Positions 25,998 through 38,299 of a DNA stretch of 64,000 nucleotides are shown here, piece after piece. The notes under the pieces were generated by a model. That model saw only the letters and a program-made list of their open reading frames with translations. It made no database searches and was not told the DNA's origin. A program made the position numbers and the translations under genes. The DNA comes from Leucoraja ocellata (taxonomy: Eukaryota): the NCBI GenBank assembly GCA_036785375.1, contig JAWMAR010000094.1:1364001-1428000 (forward strand), read 5' to 3'. Position 1 is the stretch's first letter. Each line of letters opens with the position of its first letter.

Positions 25998-27126
25998 AGC
26001 AAGTTCGGAATTCCGAAAAACACAGGAAATCATGGGATTTATCAAAGGTTGAACGCTATAAATAAAAATCGAATGAAGCTCTAGATTCAGTGAGTATAGG
26101 TTGGGTCCGTTTTTTATTTTTTTTATTTGTCTTTTTTCAGTGGGAGCCGGGGGGAGGGGGGGGGAGAGGAGGAGTAGAGAGACCGGGTGGGGACACACAC
26201 CCACAAGCGCTGTCGAACAGCCACTGGATCATCCCCGGTGCCCTTTCTCCCCCCCCCCCCCCCCCACTCGAGAGTCCCATCCCCGCCTGAGGTGTGGCCA
26301 GAGACGTCTGGACCGACGGGACACTGGTCCCCAGCATGCAGAAGCGCCAACCCCAACTCACCTCCACCTCTCCCGCCGGGCCAACCGACAGCCCAACAAC
26401 ACCAGCGGCCCCAGACGCACAGCCAGCGCTAACTCCAGCCCAACCCTGCCCCAACCCATTCCCCAGTGGACTGCTACGGTGACATGTGCCAGTTCGCCCA
26501 CGGCCTTAGCCGCCACCCCAAGTACAAGCCGTAACATGCACACCACCGGTTTCTGCCCCTATGGTGCCTGCTGCCACTTCATCCACAACCCTGAGGAGGA
26601 GCGAGGGCCCCGGCCACGCCTGCGCCAGAGCGCCAGCCTGGGCTCGGCCTCCTCCGGCTGGCGCAAGACTGGGTCGCGCTGCGGGCGGCCTTCAGCCCCG
26701 ACCTGGATTTAGAGCTGGCCCAATCTCTGGGCTGGGCAGGGGAAGGGGAGGAGGTTACTGCTGCCGCCAGCATCACCAACAGTACCAGCAGCTCCAGAGG
26801 GCGCCCGGCCTTCCATGACCGGCGGGAGTCCATCTGCAGACTCTCCGACCAGGACAACTCCAGCAGCAGCGGCTCCGAGTCGCCCGTCTTCGGGAAGGGG
26901 CGGCAGCTGCCCATCTTCAGCAGGGTGTCGGACTGAGTGGAGGAGGGTGGAGGGCTGTCAGGGCCAACCCGGCGGCCCAACAGCAACTCAACAGTACTCG
27001 CAGCGATGGAGAGCCGACCCCGACTACGGACGAAACGCAAGCTTGCACACAATGTAGTACCACCGTTGCCAAGACTGTTTTATAGCTAGTGACCTATGAC
27101 CTGGGCATGCGCAGTTAGAACTCGCT
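25998..27126. mobile_element. putative non-autonomous TIR DNA transposon carrying a host-gene fragment
   Basis: ATAAGCAAGTTC (25995-26006) is an 11/12 inverted match to GAACTCGCTTAT (27118-27129); TA flanks both ends; encloses the GC-rich ZFP36-like sequence. Confidence 0.5.
26190..26936 (+). pseudogene. degraded ZFP36/tristetraprolin-family (tandem CCCH zinc finger) coding fragment
   Basis: CYGDMCQFAHGLSRHPKYKP* (from ~26472); in another frame HTTGFCPYGACCHFIHNPEEERGPRPRLRQSAS; C-terminal LSDQDNSSSSGSESPVFGKGRQLPIFSRVSD* (26841-26936) resembles the CNOT1-binding RLPIFxR motif; deletions, frameshifts and stops present. 5' boundary approximate. Confidence 0.9.
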
Positions 27127-27276
27127 TATAGAAAAATATCAAATAATGTGTCGTTACCACATTTATCATTTCAGGCTGGTACTCCAAATAGTTCACAACT
27201 TCCCAATCTCACATTTGAAAATCAAAGCTGTTTGCCTGGGAGAGAATGGGAACCCAAGCCAAATGGTGCAAATTGT

Positions 27277-27505
27277 ATGTGTAGGAAGGAACTGCCGATG
27301 CTGGTTTAAGCCGAAGATAGACACACAATGCTGGAGTAACTCAGCGGGACAGGCAGTGTCTCTGGAGAGAAGGAATGGGTGACGTTTCAGGTCGGGTCTG
27401 AAGAAGTGTCTCGACCCAAAGCGTTTCCCATTCGTTACCCATTCCTTCTCTCCAGGGATGCTATCTGAACCGCACAGTTACTCCAGCATTTTCTCTATCT
27501 TCGGT
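27277..27505. mobile_element. fold-back Penelope-type repeat
   Basis: The arm atgctggagtaactcagcgg..ctggagagaaggaatggg and its reverse complement surround a central ctgaagaag..tctcgacccaaa. Confidence 0.75.
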
Positions 27506-28401
27506 CTAAATTAAGGGTTTTTTACAACAATAGGTTTCTTCATCCTGAATATGGACATTGTTTCCATTCTACCCCAAGCAAATATGTGTAATTTTAAAAT
27601 CTGCAATTGGGATCCATTGAGGTATTTATAAATCTAACCAATGAATAATCCTTAAGAATGATCCTAAATTGTTAACATTAGGAAGGTTCACACTCAAAGA
27701 ATCTTAATCTACCCTAGCTTGATACTGCTTTGTCTGATATTGCAGGTTTATGCTAAAGGAATCATTTATTAGTGATCAGAAGTTGGAAAGTTAACAAAAA
27801 ATCCATCTAAGGGTGGGAAAACTGCCCAACTGCTTCAAGGTCAGCTAGTTTAGAACATTTATTATTGAATTGGGATCTTTTGCTTCTGTGCCACTCTTCA
27901 GCTGACCCTGTGAAATGTAACATCAGCACTTGAGGGTCTGCATTTTTGTTAATGTCCTAGCAATTTCGATGTTTGCTCTTTATTCTTCTGACAACTCTTT
28001 TTGCCTTCCAAATGTTTACCTGTTCTTCAATATGACTACAATACTGCAATCTTGCACAGACTACAATCTCTCAGTATTTTGCTGAAATGTCTATATTTTA
28101 TTTGAAAATTGGCTGCAATTTTCTTACAGATGTAGACATTAAACTGGATGTCATTTCTTGGTAATTTAATATGAAGGGATTATTCAGGTAGCTTTGTTCA
28201 ACAGCAAATTCCTTGAATCAAAAATATTTTATTGTACCTCTGGCCTTGAGTGCAAAACTTATGTTCAGGTTAGATGTTTTTGGAATATATTTTAAACTTG
28301 ATGGCTTCAACCTTATTTAAAAAGTAAGTTACTGAACTTAATTTTATGATGTAGCTTTAGCATTTATTGTTAGAATCTCAAAACATTCTGTTTTCTTGCA
28401 G

Positions 28402-28611
28402 ATCTGTGACTTTGGTCTTGCCAGAGTAGAAGAACTTGATGAGTCTCGCCACATGACGCAGGAAGTTGTTACTCAGTATTATCGAGCACCAGAGATCCTA
28501 ATGGGCAGTCGCCATTACACCAATGCCATTGATATCTGGTCTGTAGGATGCATCTTTGCAGAACTCTTAGGTCGTAGAATCTTATTTCAGGCACAAAGTC
28601 CTATTCAACAG
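28402..28611 (+). CDS. nlk: Nemo-like kinase internal exon (210 nt), ICDFGLARV...MTQEVVTQYYRAPE...QSPIQQ
   Basis: ttcttgcAG acceptor, GTAATT donor; DFG and APE motifs plus the NLK-diagnostic TQE activation motif (TxE instead of MAPK TxY). Confidence 0.97.
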
Positions 28612-29117
28612 GTAATTCAATGGACTACAATGCTTTAAATGTGCCTTGGTCTTTCGTATGTATATACTGATAATGCTGCACTATGGATACTCTTATTTTG
28701 TATAGTCACTATGAAATATTGGTCTGCCATGTTGCGTAGCAGGTTTCCTTCGGTTTATGTGCAGGAGGGACCTGCTGTAAACTTTCTCGATAGGAATTCA
28801 GATTCAAACCTTTATCTGTGAGGAACCTCTTGGTTAAAAAATATTCTCAAACATAACAGATGGACAAGAGATTAAAAAAATAGAGATGCATATCTGGAAT
28901 GTTAACTGTTTAACACTTCACTGTTGAATTCAGAACAAATATCTTTCTAACCAATTTGAAATTCTTACTCCGATTCAAGCTTGTTCCAGTTTGCAGGCTT
29001 ATCTGAACAACTCCCTTTATGTGCCTTGATCATATCTCTTAATGCAATTACCACTGATGTCATTTTCCACTTTAAATATTTCAGCAGGCTGTGTTATGTG
29101 GAAAACTCCAGACTAAA

Positions 29118-30905
29118 AACACAGTGACACAACTGGTGGAGCTGCTGTCTAACAAATTCAACAATTCATGTTCAATACTGACCTCTGGTACTACCTACAG
29201 TGCCCTCCATAATGTTTGGGACAGATCCATCATTTATTTATTTGCCTCTGTACTCCACAATATGAGTTTTGTAATAGAAATAAATCACGTGGTTAAAGTG
29301 CACTTTGTCAGATTTTGTTAAAGACCATTTTTATCCATTTTGGTTTTACCATGTAGAAATTGCAGCTGTGTTTATACATATTTCAGGGCACCATGGTGTT
29401 TGGGACACGTGGCTTAACAGGCATTTGTAATTGCTCAGGTGTGTTTAATTGCCTCCTTAATGCGGGTATAAGAGAGCTCTCAGCACCTAGTCTTTCCATC
29501 ACCTATGGAAACTTTTACTGCTGTTTATCAACATGAGGATCAAAGTTGTGCCAATGAAAGTCAAATAAGCCATTATGAGACTGAGAAACAAGAATAAAAC
29601 TGTTAGAGAAATCAGCCAAACCGTATTCTTACCCAAATCAACTGTTTGGAACATCATTAAGATGAAAGAGCACTGGTGAGCTTACTAATATCGCATAGAG
29701 ACTGGCAGGCCAAGGAAGACCTTCACAGCTGATGACAGAAGAATACTCTATAATTAAATAAAATCTCCAAACACCTGTCCGACAGATCAGAAACCCTCTT
29801 CAGGAGTCAGGTGTGGATTTGACAATGACCACTGTCCACAAAAGACTTCATGAACAGAAATACAGAGGCTACACTGCAAGATGCAAACCACTGGTTAGCT
29901 GCAAAAATAGGGTGGCCGGGTTACAGTTTGCCAAGAAGTACTGAAAAGAGCAACCACAATTCTGGAAAAAGGTCTTGTGGACAGATGAGACAAAGATGAA
30001 CGTGTATCAGAGTGATGGCAAGAGCGAAGTATGGAGGAGAGAAGGAACTGCCCAAGATCCAAAACGTACCACCTCATCTGTGAAACACGGTGGTGGGGGT
30101 GTTATGGCCTGGGCATGTATGAATTTTGAAGGTATTGGCTCACTTATCTTCATTGACGATACAACTGCTGATGGTAGTAGCATAATGAATTGGCACCTCC
30201 TATATGCTCAAGTTCAAACAAATGCCTCAAAACACATTGGCCGGCGGTTCATTCTACAGCAAGACAATGGTCCCAAACATACTACTTTTTCAAAGCGGTC
30301 AATTCTTGAGTGACCAAGTCAATCACCTGATCTGAACCCAATTGTGCATGCCTTTTATATGCTGAAGAGAAAATGGAAGGGAACAAGCCCCCAAAACAAG
30401 CATAAGCTAAAGATGGCTGCAATACAGGTCTGGCAGAGCATCACCAGAGAAGTCACCCAGCAACTGGTGATGTCCATGAATCTCAGACTTCAAGCAAAGG
30501 ATTGCATGCAAAGGATATGCAACAAAATACTAAACATGACTACTTTAATTTGCATGACATTGCTGCGTCCCAAACATTATGGTGCCTTGAAATAGGGGGG
30601 ACTATGTATAAACACAGCTGTAATTTCTACATGGTAAAACTAGAATGTATAAAAATGGCTTTAATAAAATCTGACTATGTGCACTTTAATCACGTGATTT
30701 TTTTTCCTTTATATTACAAATCTCAAAATGTGGAGGATAGAGGCAAATAAATAAATGATGGATCTTTGTCCCAAACATTATGGAGGCCACTATGTAGAAT
30801 TTGCCATTTTCTGGGACTTCATAGGCTTCCTCTGGGTGCTCCAGTTTTCACCTATGATGTATGGTTTGGTAGGTTAACTGTCCACTGTAAATTTATCCTG
30901 GTGTG
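29118..30905 (+). mobile_element. old tRNA-derived SINE split by Tc1 copy 2
   Basis: SINE head at 29118-29197 (acagtgacacaactggtggagctgctg..ctgacctctggt) resumes at 30793 (tgtagaatttg..ctctgggtgctccagtttt..ccactgtaaatt). Confidence 0.6.
29198..30792 (+). mobile_element. Tc1-family DNA transposon, full length, inactive (copy 2)
   Basis: TA|CAGTGCCCTCCATAATGTTTGGG left end and CCCAAACATTATGGAGGCCACTA right end; TIRs over 200 bp with inner and outer direct repeats; broken transposase (WTDETK, QQDNGPKH, SPDLNPI). Confidence 0.95.
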
Positions 30906-31209
30906 GCTATCATTGAGCTATTTCAGTTCTATATTGCACATCTGCATTGTGCACATTCTGTATTTCACCGTAAAACAGAGATAATGTGTGCAAATTCATG
31001 AATTAAAGTGGAGGAGCTGGAATGGATTCAGGATGTTACACATAAATGGATTCAAGATGTAACACCAAAAAACAGTGTTCCCTCAATCTAAATGAGAGCA
31101 TTTTCTCATTGGCCTACTTTTCTCCTTGCTCAAATCTAAATCCACTTCTGTTTCAACCTCACCATTAGTCGGAGGACAACACTGGAAATATAGAAACCAG
31201 GAACGAGCA

Positions 31210-31530
31210 GATGGTGGTCTTCTTGCTGCTACCATTGGGCAGGAGGTACAGAAGCCTGAAGTCTTGCTCCATGAGATTCAGGAAGAGCTATTTTCCTACA
31301 ACTATTAGATTTCTGAACAACCCTAATCTTACCAGCAATGAAACACCATGGACCTCTTGTTGGTTTCCGCGATGTGTATTTTTGCAAAATGTGTGTAAAG
31401 ATTGAGATTTATGTACAATTTCTGTGTAATTAGTTTTTATTATTTGAGTCTGTGTGCCTGGGATACTGCTGCAAGATTCTCATTGTACCTGTCCTCACTA
31501 TAATTGTGCATATGACATTACAGTTTGATA
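31210..31530 (+). mobile_element. Rex1/Babar-type LINE 3' fragment
   Basis: LLPLGRRYRSLKS..RFRKSYFPTTIRFLN (ORF 31211..31405) plus 3'UTR. Confidence 0.8.
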
Positions 31531-31792
31531 TCTCTCAAACTGTAATACGTACCACCAAGACAAAGGTAGTTGGCATATTGGAAAACCAGCACTTACAAGT
31601 TTCCCTCCCAAGCTGCACACCATCCCGACTTGGAAATATATTTTTTCCTTCATTACCACTGTGTCCAACTCCATGGTTTCCCGGCCCAATACAAGTATGG
31701 AAGTCCCTTCATGAGAAAGTCTGCAGCAGTTTGAGAACATGCATCTCCTCAAGACCATTTAGAAACCAGCAATAAATAGAGACCTTTCCAGA

Positions 31793-31886
31793 CTGAAGAA
31801 TGGTCCCAACCCAAAACGTCACGCATCCTTTTTCTCCAGAGATGCTGCCTGACTCAGTGACTTACTCCAGCACTTTGTGTCTATCA
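31793..31886 (+). mobile_element. Penelope-type terminal repeat with degenerate hammerhead core
   Basis: ctgaagaatggtcccaacccaaaacgtcac..gagatgctgcctgac..ttactccagcactttgtgtctatc. Confidence 0.7.
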
Positions 31887-32019
31887 TTGGCAAAACTGGA
31901 AAAGTCTTTATTCTTTAAGGTTTAAAGGTCTCTGCAAAATATCAAACATTCAAACAAAAATACACACACTGAGGAAACCAACAAGAGGTGGTCCATGGTG
32001 TTTCATTGCTGAGGTAAGA

Positions 32020-32640
32020 TTAGGGCTGAGCAGGTCAATTACGAAATCTAATAGTTGTTGAAAACTAGCTGTTCTAGAATCTCATTGAGTGGGTCTTCAG
32101 GCTTCTGTACCTCCTGTCTAATGGTAGTAGCAAGAAGAAGGCATGCCCCAGATGGTGGGATCCTTGATGATATAAGCCGTCACCTTGATTTTGCCTCATT
32201 TAGAAGCTTTAAATGGTGGGGAGGTCTGTCCCTGAATGGGCCAGGCCACGTCTATCACTCTGCAGCCTCTTGTGTTTATGTACATTGGGATTGCCATACA
32301 AGATCAGATGCAACCGGTCAGGATACTTTCTACAGTGCATCTGCAGAAGTTTGTCAGAGAATTTGGTGAAATGCCGAGTCTCTGTCTACTTCTAAGAATG
32401 TATAGACACACCAAGGTGATTCCTGCAGTATTGGGGAAGTTGAAATCCTTTTCTGCCATGACGTTATTGATCTTGAACCTCAGTGATTTGCCTAAATACA
32501 CTTCTGTCTTTTGCTGACTCTTGGTATGAAGCACAATGAGCTGAGATTTCCCTGATTGCCAGCCTCCCTGTGCCTGGGAGTCATGCATTCCTTTTACAAC
32601 TCCCCTTCCTTGAAGTGCAGATTGATCACCCATTTAAAAA
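32020..32640 (-). mobile_element. Rex1/Babar-type LINE fragment
   Basis: ORF 32304..32633 ends LTNFCRCTVESILTGCI, a Rex1 signature. Confidence 0.75.
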
Positions 32641-33666
32641 CGCGCTCTCCTCATACCTTTTGGCCTTCTAGGTGAACTGCAATGCCTACGTTTGGAGTTT
32701 TCTTGTTTTCTAAAAATGTTTTCTTGTCGATGTATGATCATGTGCTACGTAACATCATAGCGTCTGAAGTCGATGTTGAGGACACCCAGTTTTGCTGAAC
32801 ACTTAAGCTCAGTCAACCAAGACTGATTCCTGGTTGCTAACCTTCCTATTTCCATATGGGAATATGTAACTGAAAATGAGCTGTACAGTTTAATATTCCC
32901 TACTGATGAATAAAATGTTCTCTAAAGTGAATTGTTTGTTTGGAGAAAAGATGCAGCTATTTATATCCATGTATTTTTGTGCTTATCCAATTACATATCC
33001 AGCAAAATAAAGTATTTGGTAAAGTAATCAGGCACGGGTGATCAAACCAAATTTATGCAGTTGGCGTCGATGGTTGTCACATGATTTCTCAGTGTATTTG
33101 GCTACATTCCTGTTAAAGCGGCTACAGAAATCTGCAATTTGTTGTAATCACACTTGTTTAGAAAAAAGCAATCCTGTAGCAAAACTATAGAAGATCAACT
33201 GTTAATCAGACTTTTTTCCCATCAGCTGCAAATAAATTTGCACATTCCTATGGTTCAACTTCTGTAAATCTTACCATGAAACAATATACACTTCTTTTTG
33301 CCAAAAGCGCTCCGATCGATACGTTCTCTTTAGCATTGTGGCCACATATCAGACCCTTTTTGACAATTAATATCATTAGATTCTTGGTTTTGATTGAAAA
33401 TCAGTAACCTTCATTAAAAAACAATGCATTTTAGTTAATTGCCACGATTGTGGAGCATAATTATTTTTTTATAGTTCAAATATTGCCTATAATTTTATTA
33501 GGCTTGAATGGAAGTAAATTGAGTTTCTTTCTTGAAATTGAAAAGTAAACTTTTTACTGTACTAGCAGTTAATTTTGTTCCCTTGAAATATGAATTTTTT
33601 AATCAATTTCTTTTTAACACTGAAACAGTGATTACCCTAAACAGTTAATTATTTGTCTAATGACAG

Positions 33667-33768
33667 TTGGACTTGATCACAGATCTGTTGGGAACTCCAT
33701 CATTAGAAGCCATGCGAACAGCTTGTGAGGGTGCCAAGGCTCACATACTCAGGGGTCCTCATAAACAG
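33667..33768 (+). CDS. nlk: Nemo-like kinase internal exon (102 nt), LDLITDLLGTPSLEAMRTACEGAKAHILRGPHKQ
   Basis: gacAG acceptor, GTAAGA donor; phase 0 at both ends; matches NLK. Confidence 0.96.
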
Positions 33769-36599
33769 GTAAGATTTCATCTATTCGATATTGCAGGCAC
33801 AAACTTTTGGTGGCTGCACCAGCAGTCAGATAGGTCAAGATGTTTGACTTTGTATGCAAACTATATTTGGTGAATGCATACAATCTTTATTATACAAAAT
33901 TATTTTTTTTAAGTTTTCTAATTAAAAAAAATAATTCCTGATATTTGACTGTATATCTATTTTTTTTTTGTTAAATGTCAGCTTACTCCTACTGTTTACC
34001 ATTCTTGGGAATTACTTCCTAAGTTATTAGCAGTCCCTGCAGGATCTCTTTTCAGAACTCAAATTATCCATGAGTCAAGATGTGTCAATGGATTATTTAA
34101 CAATTAAGATAATGGCCCAATACTGGTTTTTCATTTTGTAGAACCACTACAGAATCATTGCACACAACAGTGATGCAGTACAAGCAGACACAAGAAATTG
34201 CAGATGCTGTAATCTGGAGCACAAAACTGCTGGATGGACACGGCAGATCAGGAAGCATCTGTAGAGGCAGAGATTAGGTCAGGTTGACCCCCTGCCATCG
34301 AGCTGCTAACCATTCCTCTGCCTCCACATGAACCGCTATATCCCTTCAGAAGTCTGTGATCCAGATCAGTATATTCTGAAAGAACAGCAAGAAAAAGGTT
34401 TCTTGAAGAAACCATAAATGAAAAATCTGAATCAGGAAATGTGAATAGTTAGGTTTGGAGGGATATGGGCCAAACGTGGACAGGTCGGACGTGACAGTGT
34501 TGCTGGGACATGTTGGTCAGTGTGGGCAAGTTGGGCAGAAGGGCCTGTTTCCATGCTATATGACACTCTAACTCCCAATTCACATGCAGAAAGCAAAAAA
34601 GGGAACAAAAATAGGCTAGAGAAATGTGACCAAAAATATATTTTTTAAATCACCTATTTAAATATTGATAAAATGAGATGCTAGATTTGAATTTACTTCA
34701 TCACCTGAGATGATTTGATCATAATTAAAACGTAAAATATAATTTTAAAAATAACTTGTTCACTTCAATGAAGAAGCCCAAACATTTCTCATGACCTAGT
34801 GGAAAAATGTATGTACGCATGTTGTTCCCAAATCTCTTGGTAAGCTCTATAGCCCAGATTCCATCAGAATAGGGGAACTGAGAAAGCAACTTCCTACTTA
34901 TTTTTAGCTGTGAATTTTCAGACTTCAAAAGTTGCTGTTCAGTTTCTTCAAGTAATACTGACCATTATTACCTGATCATTATCACTATTGCAAAGATCTA
35001 GGCTATTAAAGCACAATTTGTCTCAGCCTGATAACCTACTTGCACAGTAGCACCCACTGAAAGTAGATCTATTTGGCCGACTTCACTGATTCAAGCTAGT
35101 GAACAAAGGTTAAACAACTGAAATGTAAAATCAATTTGCCTAGCAAACTTGAATTAAGGGCCTTTTTAATTCAGAAGAAAATTTCATTAGTTTTTAATTG
35201 ACCGATTGTTCTGATGATTTTTCAAATACGTCCTTGCAAATAATTGTGAATTATTTGCCTTTTTATAAAGCAATAAATCTACGTCTAGATAAATTAAAAC
35301 CTGATACCTGAGAAGCAAATTTAATGAACTAAGCTGTCTAATGTGGATATTGTTTTTGGGAAAAACTACAGATGCACCTTTTAAGAGCATTACCTTCCTT
35401 ATGTTATCACCATAAAATTGATAGATCACTTCCATGACCTTCTCAAAAGCAGTTCTTATTGATAAAGACCAACAAGGGAGCAATGGCCTGATGAAACCCA
35501 TCATTTCCAATATTATTCTACAGTTCCCAATTTATCTTATTTTACAGGATCATGAAGGTCATTAGACTTTGTGCACTAATAAATGTCTTTAAGATGCAAA
35601 CCCTCTTTAGAAAAGCACATTACACAGGCAGTCAAAGTGACGTAAAGAATACTTGGATGTTTTAAAATAGACAAATGCAATATATAAATGAAAGAACAAG
35701 TGTATTGAACGAGTCTTTGGATTGGATTTTTTCGTGTTGTGATGCATTAAGGAAATGTGTAGAATTGTTGCTCAAATGTGGCAGAGCAAGTGACATCCAA
35801 AATGAAACTCCAGTACTCTTTGGAGATCAACGGTTATGGGGAGAAGCCAGGAGAATGGGGTTGAGAGGGAAAAATAGAGCAGCCGTGATCAAATGGCAAA
35901 GCAGACTTGATGGGCAGAATGGCCTAATTCTGTTCCTATGCCTTGTGGTCTTATAATTTGAAGTTGTGTGGGCTGTGTGGCCTCCAAGGAAAATTGTTAT
36001 TGTATCTGACTCTAAATGTTCCTTTTTGCCAAAGTTTAACAAATCTGAAGTTTGCAAATCTGAAGTTTGTCTGCATGTTTGCTTTATTTAAGCATTATGG
36101 CTGAAAGGACGTGGGAAGTTGTGGGTTTTGGCTGATTTGTTCGTTGCCTTTAAGTGTCTTAGCAGCTTCAAGGTTATGTACAGATTTTCATTCTGCCATT
36201 TAACAAATTAATTCTGCCAATGAGTTTTTCAGCACTTTGACTTTGTGATGCTTTGCTTATTTATTGTGACATGTACCACTGGTTGCTCACAAGCGTAATT
36301 GCAAAGAGGTGGCATAAATTATTGATTTGCACATTCATCTTGTCTGAATTCAACATTTCCAATTTCATTGAACTGTGCTATTTGAATGTCAAGGAGAGCG
36401 AATTACAATGGGTACGTCAAAAAGCAAAATACCTGCTTTCAAACGCTTATTAAATGAGTTAAGAAATCGGGATTTAAACAGTAAAGGATTAAATTTAATA
36501 TACATTTGTATTTTTTTATTTTGCATTTCAATTGTCGTAGCTGCAATGAATGAAATACAGATCCTTTAGCTTCTTTGGAAACTACTTCATTTAGAACTA

Positions 36600-36787
36600 A
36601 AGTAGACAAAAGTGCTGGAGAAACTCAGCGGGTGCAGCAGCATCTATGGAGCGAAGGAAATAGGCAACGTTTCGTCCCGAAACGTTGCCTATTTCCTTTG
36701 CTCCATAGATGCTGCTGCACCCAGCTGAGTTTCTCCAGCACTTTTGTCTACCTTCGATTTTCCAGCATCTGCAGTTCCTTCTTAAAC
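36600..36787. mobile_element. young fold-back Penelope-type insertion
   Basis: Near-perfect inverted arms of ~75 bp centred at ~36676; 16-bp TSD ACTTCATTTAGAACTA (36584-36599, 36788-36803). Confidence 0.85.
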
Positions 36788-38299
36788 ACTTCATTTAGAA
36801 CTACTTTTGAAACGCGGACCTCCCTTTAAAGTTGTGTGATTTTTGATACATCAAATAAACAACATCAGATCTAGTTGAAATGGTTGAAGAGAATATATTT
36901 CTCGATGGTAGTAGCAGATGGGGAAGGGAGAAGTGAGACCATACAAAAAAAAAATAAGATCATGAAAAACGGCTGTAGCGAACAAGAAAAATGAAAATGA
37001 ATAACTTGAGTGCCTGGCTTAATTGACTACTCCAGATCCAAACTGTCAATTTTTGTAACAATGCAGACTTTGCAGCTGAATTTGTTTTTCCCTTCAAGCA
37101 GAGATTGTTAAGGAAGTATTTATTGCAAATGTTCAAAATTAAGTGGGAATTTGTAAGTGTGGATATTAGAGCAAATATTTCTATTTACATAGCATACTTA
37201 ATGTCCCAATGCATCCAAATCTTTTATGCACGACTGTCTAAAAAAAAACCCCAAAAAAACCCTATATACACAAGGATAAACGACCAAAAGCTTGGTCAAT
37301 GAGGTAGTGTTGTGGAGAGTATTAAAGTTGAAAGTAAACAGAGACAGAATTCAAGGACAGCATATAATGCTTTGGGAGTTGAAGGCACTGCCACGATGCT
37401 GTACCAGTGATTAAATTCAGCTCGAGCAGAGACCAGATAAGAAGAATGCAAACATTTTCCATTAAAAGTAAATAGAAGATTAAAGGTAGGAAAAGACAAG
37501 ATCATGAGACTGATTCAAAAGTAGGGATGTGAATTTTAAAAGCAAGCCTTTGTTTAACTGGGTCTTGTTCATTGTTGTCACATTTCTTGTCTAATGCACA
37601 AGTATAGTGAGGAACAGCTGCAGTGTAAAATTAATCAGCAGCGTTACAGGCACTGACTCAGACAAACACATGAAAACAAAGTATACATTACTTATACTTC
37701 AAATTTCTAAAATAAAGTTTTGAGAACTGGAGTGTTGATAATTAGAAATAAACACAACTCCATGTTAGTGCAAGAGCTGGAACACAGTCAATTCTGTTAT
37801 CGCAAATTGTCAAGAGTAACATTACCAGGGTCACTTGTTTTCTAACTGCCTCTGCACAAAACTTGAGATAACAGTGGCACAGGTTCTGTATTCATATATT
37901 CAGCAGGTGAGCTGAAGCCAAGTTGGAAAATAAGTACACCTAATAATAGTAAAGATGTTTAGTGTGAAAGTCATCGCTTTAGGCCAGATGTCCAGTTTAA
38001 ATGAAAGGTCCAAATAAACTTGGATAGAAAGTCGAGTTTGTGATGGGGATCAAGGATAGCTTCCGCTCTCTTGAAAGTTCATGTGTCATTCATGTGGACA
38101 TTTTTGGTAATGAAACCTGAGGAGCACGCAGAAGAGAGAAGTGGCTGTGGATAAGCCCTCATACAAGAAGCAACTGGCAAGTGCCAGAAGGAATGACATA
38201 TTCATTTGACAATACTTCTCTTGCTCTGTGCTTATCTGGTTGTTGTCAAATAAGTGCAATCCTACTCATCTAAAGTCATTGAGAGCCATTGTTGGTGAG

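Noticed and set aside
26101-26712. 203-aa ORF as an intact nested gene
   Set aside because: Only a short part is in the ZFP36 frame; the first finger and C-terminus lie in other frames with stops and deletions, and the start is not ATG.
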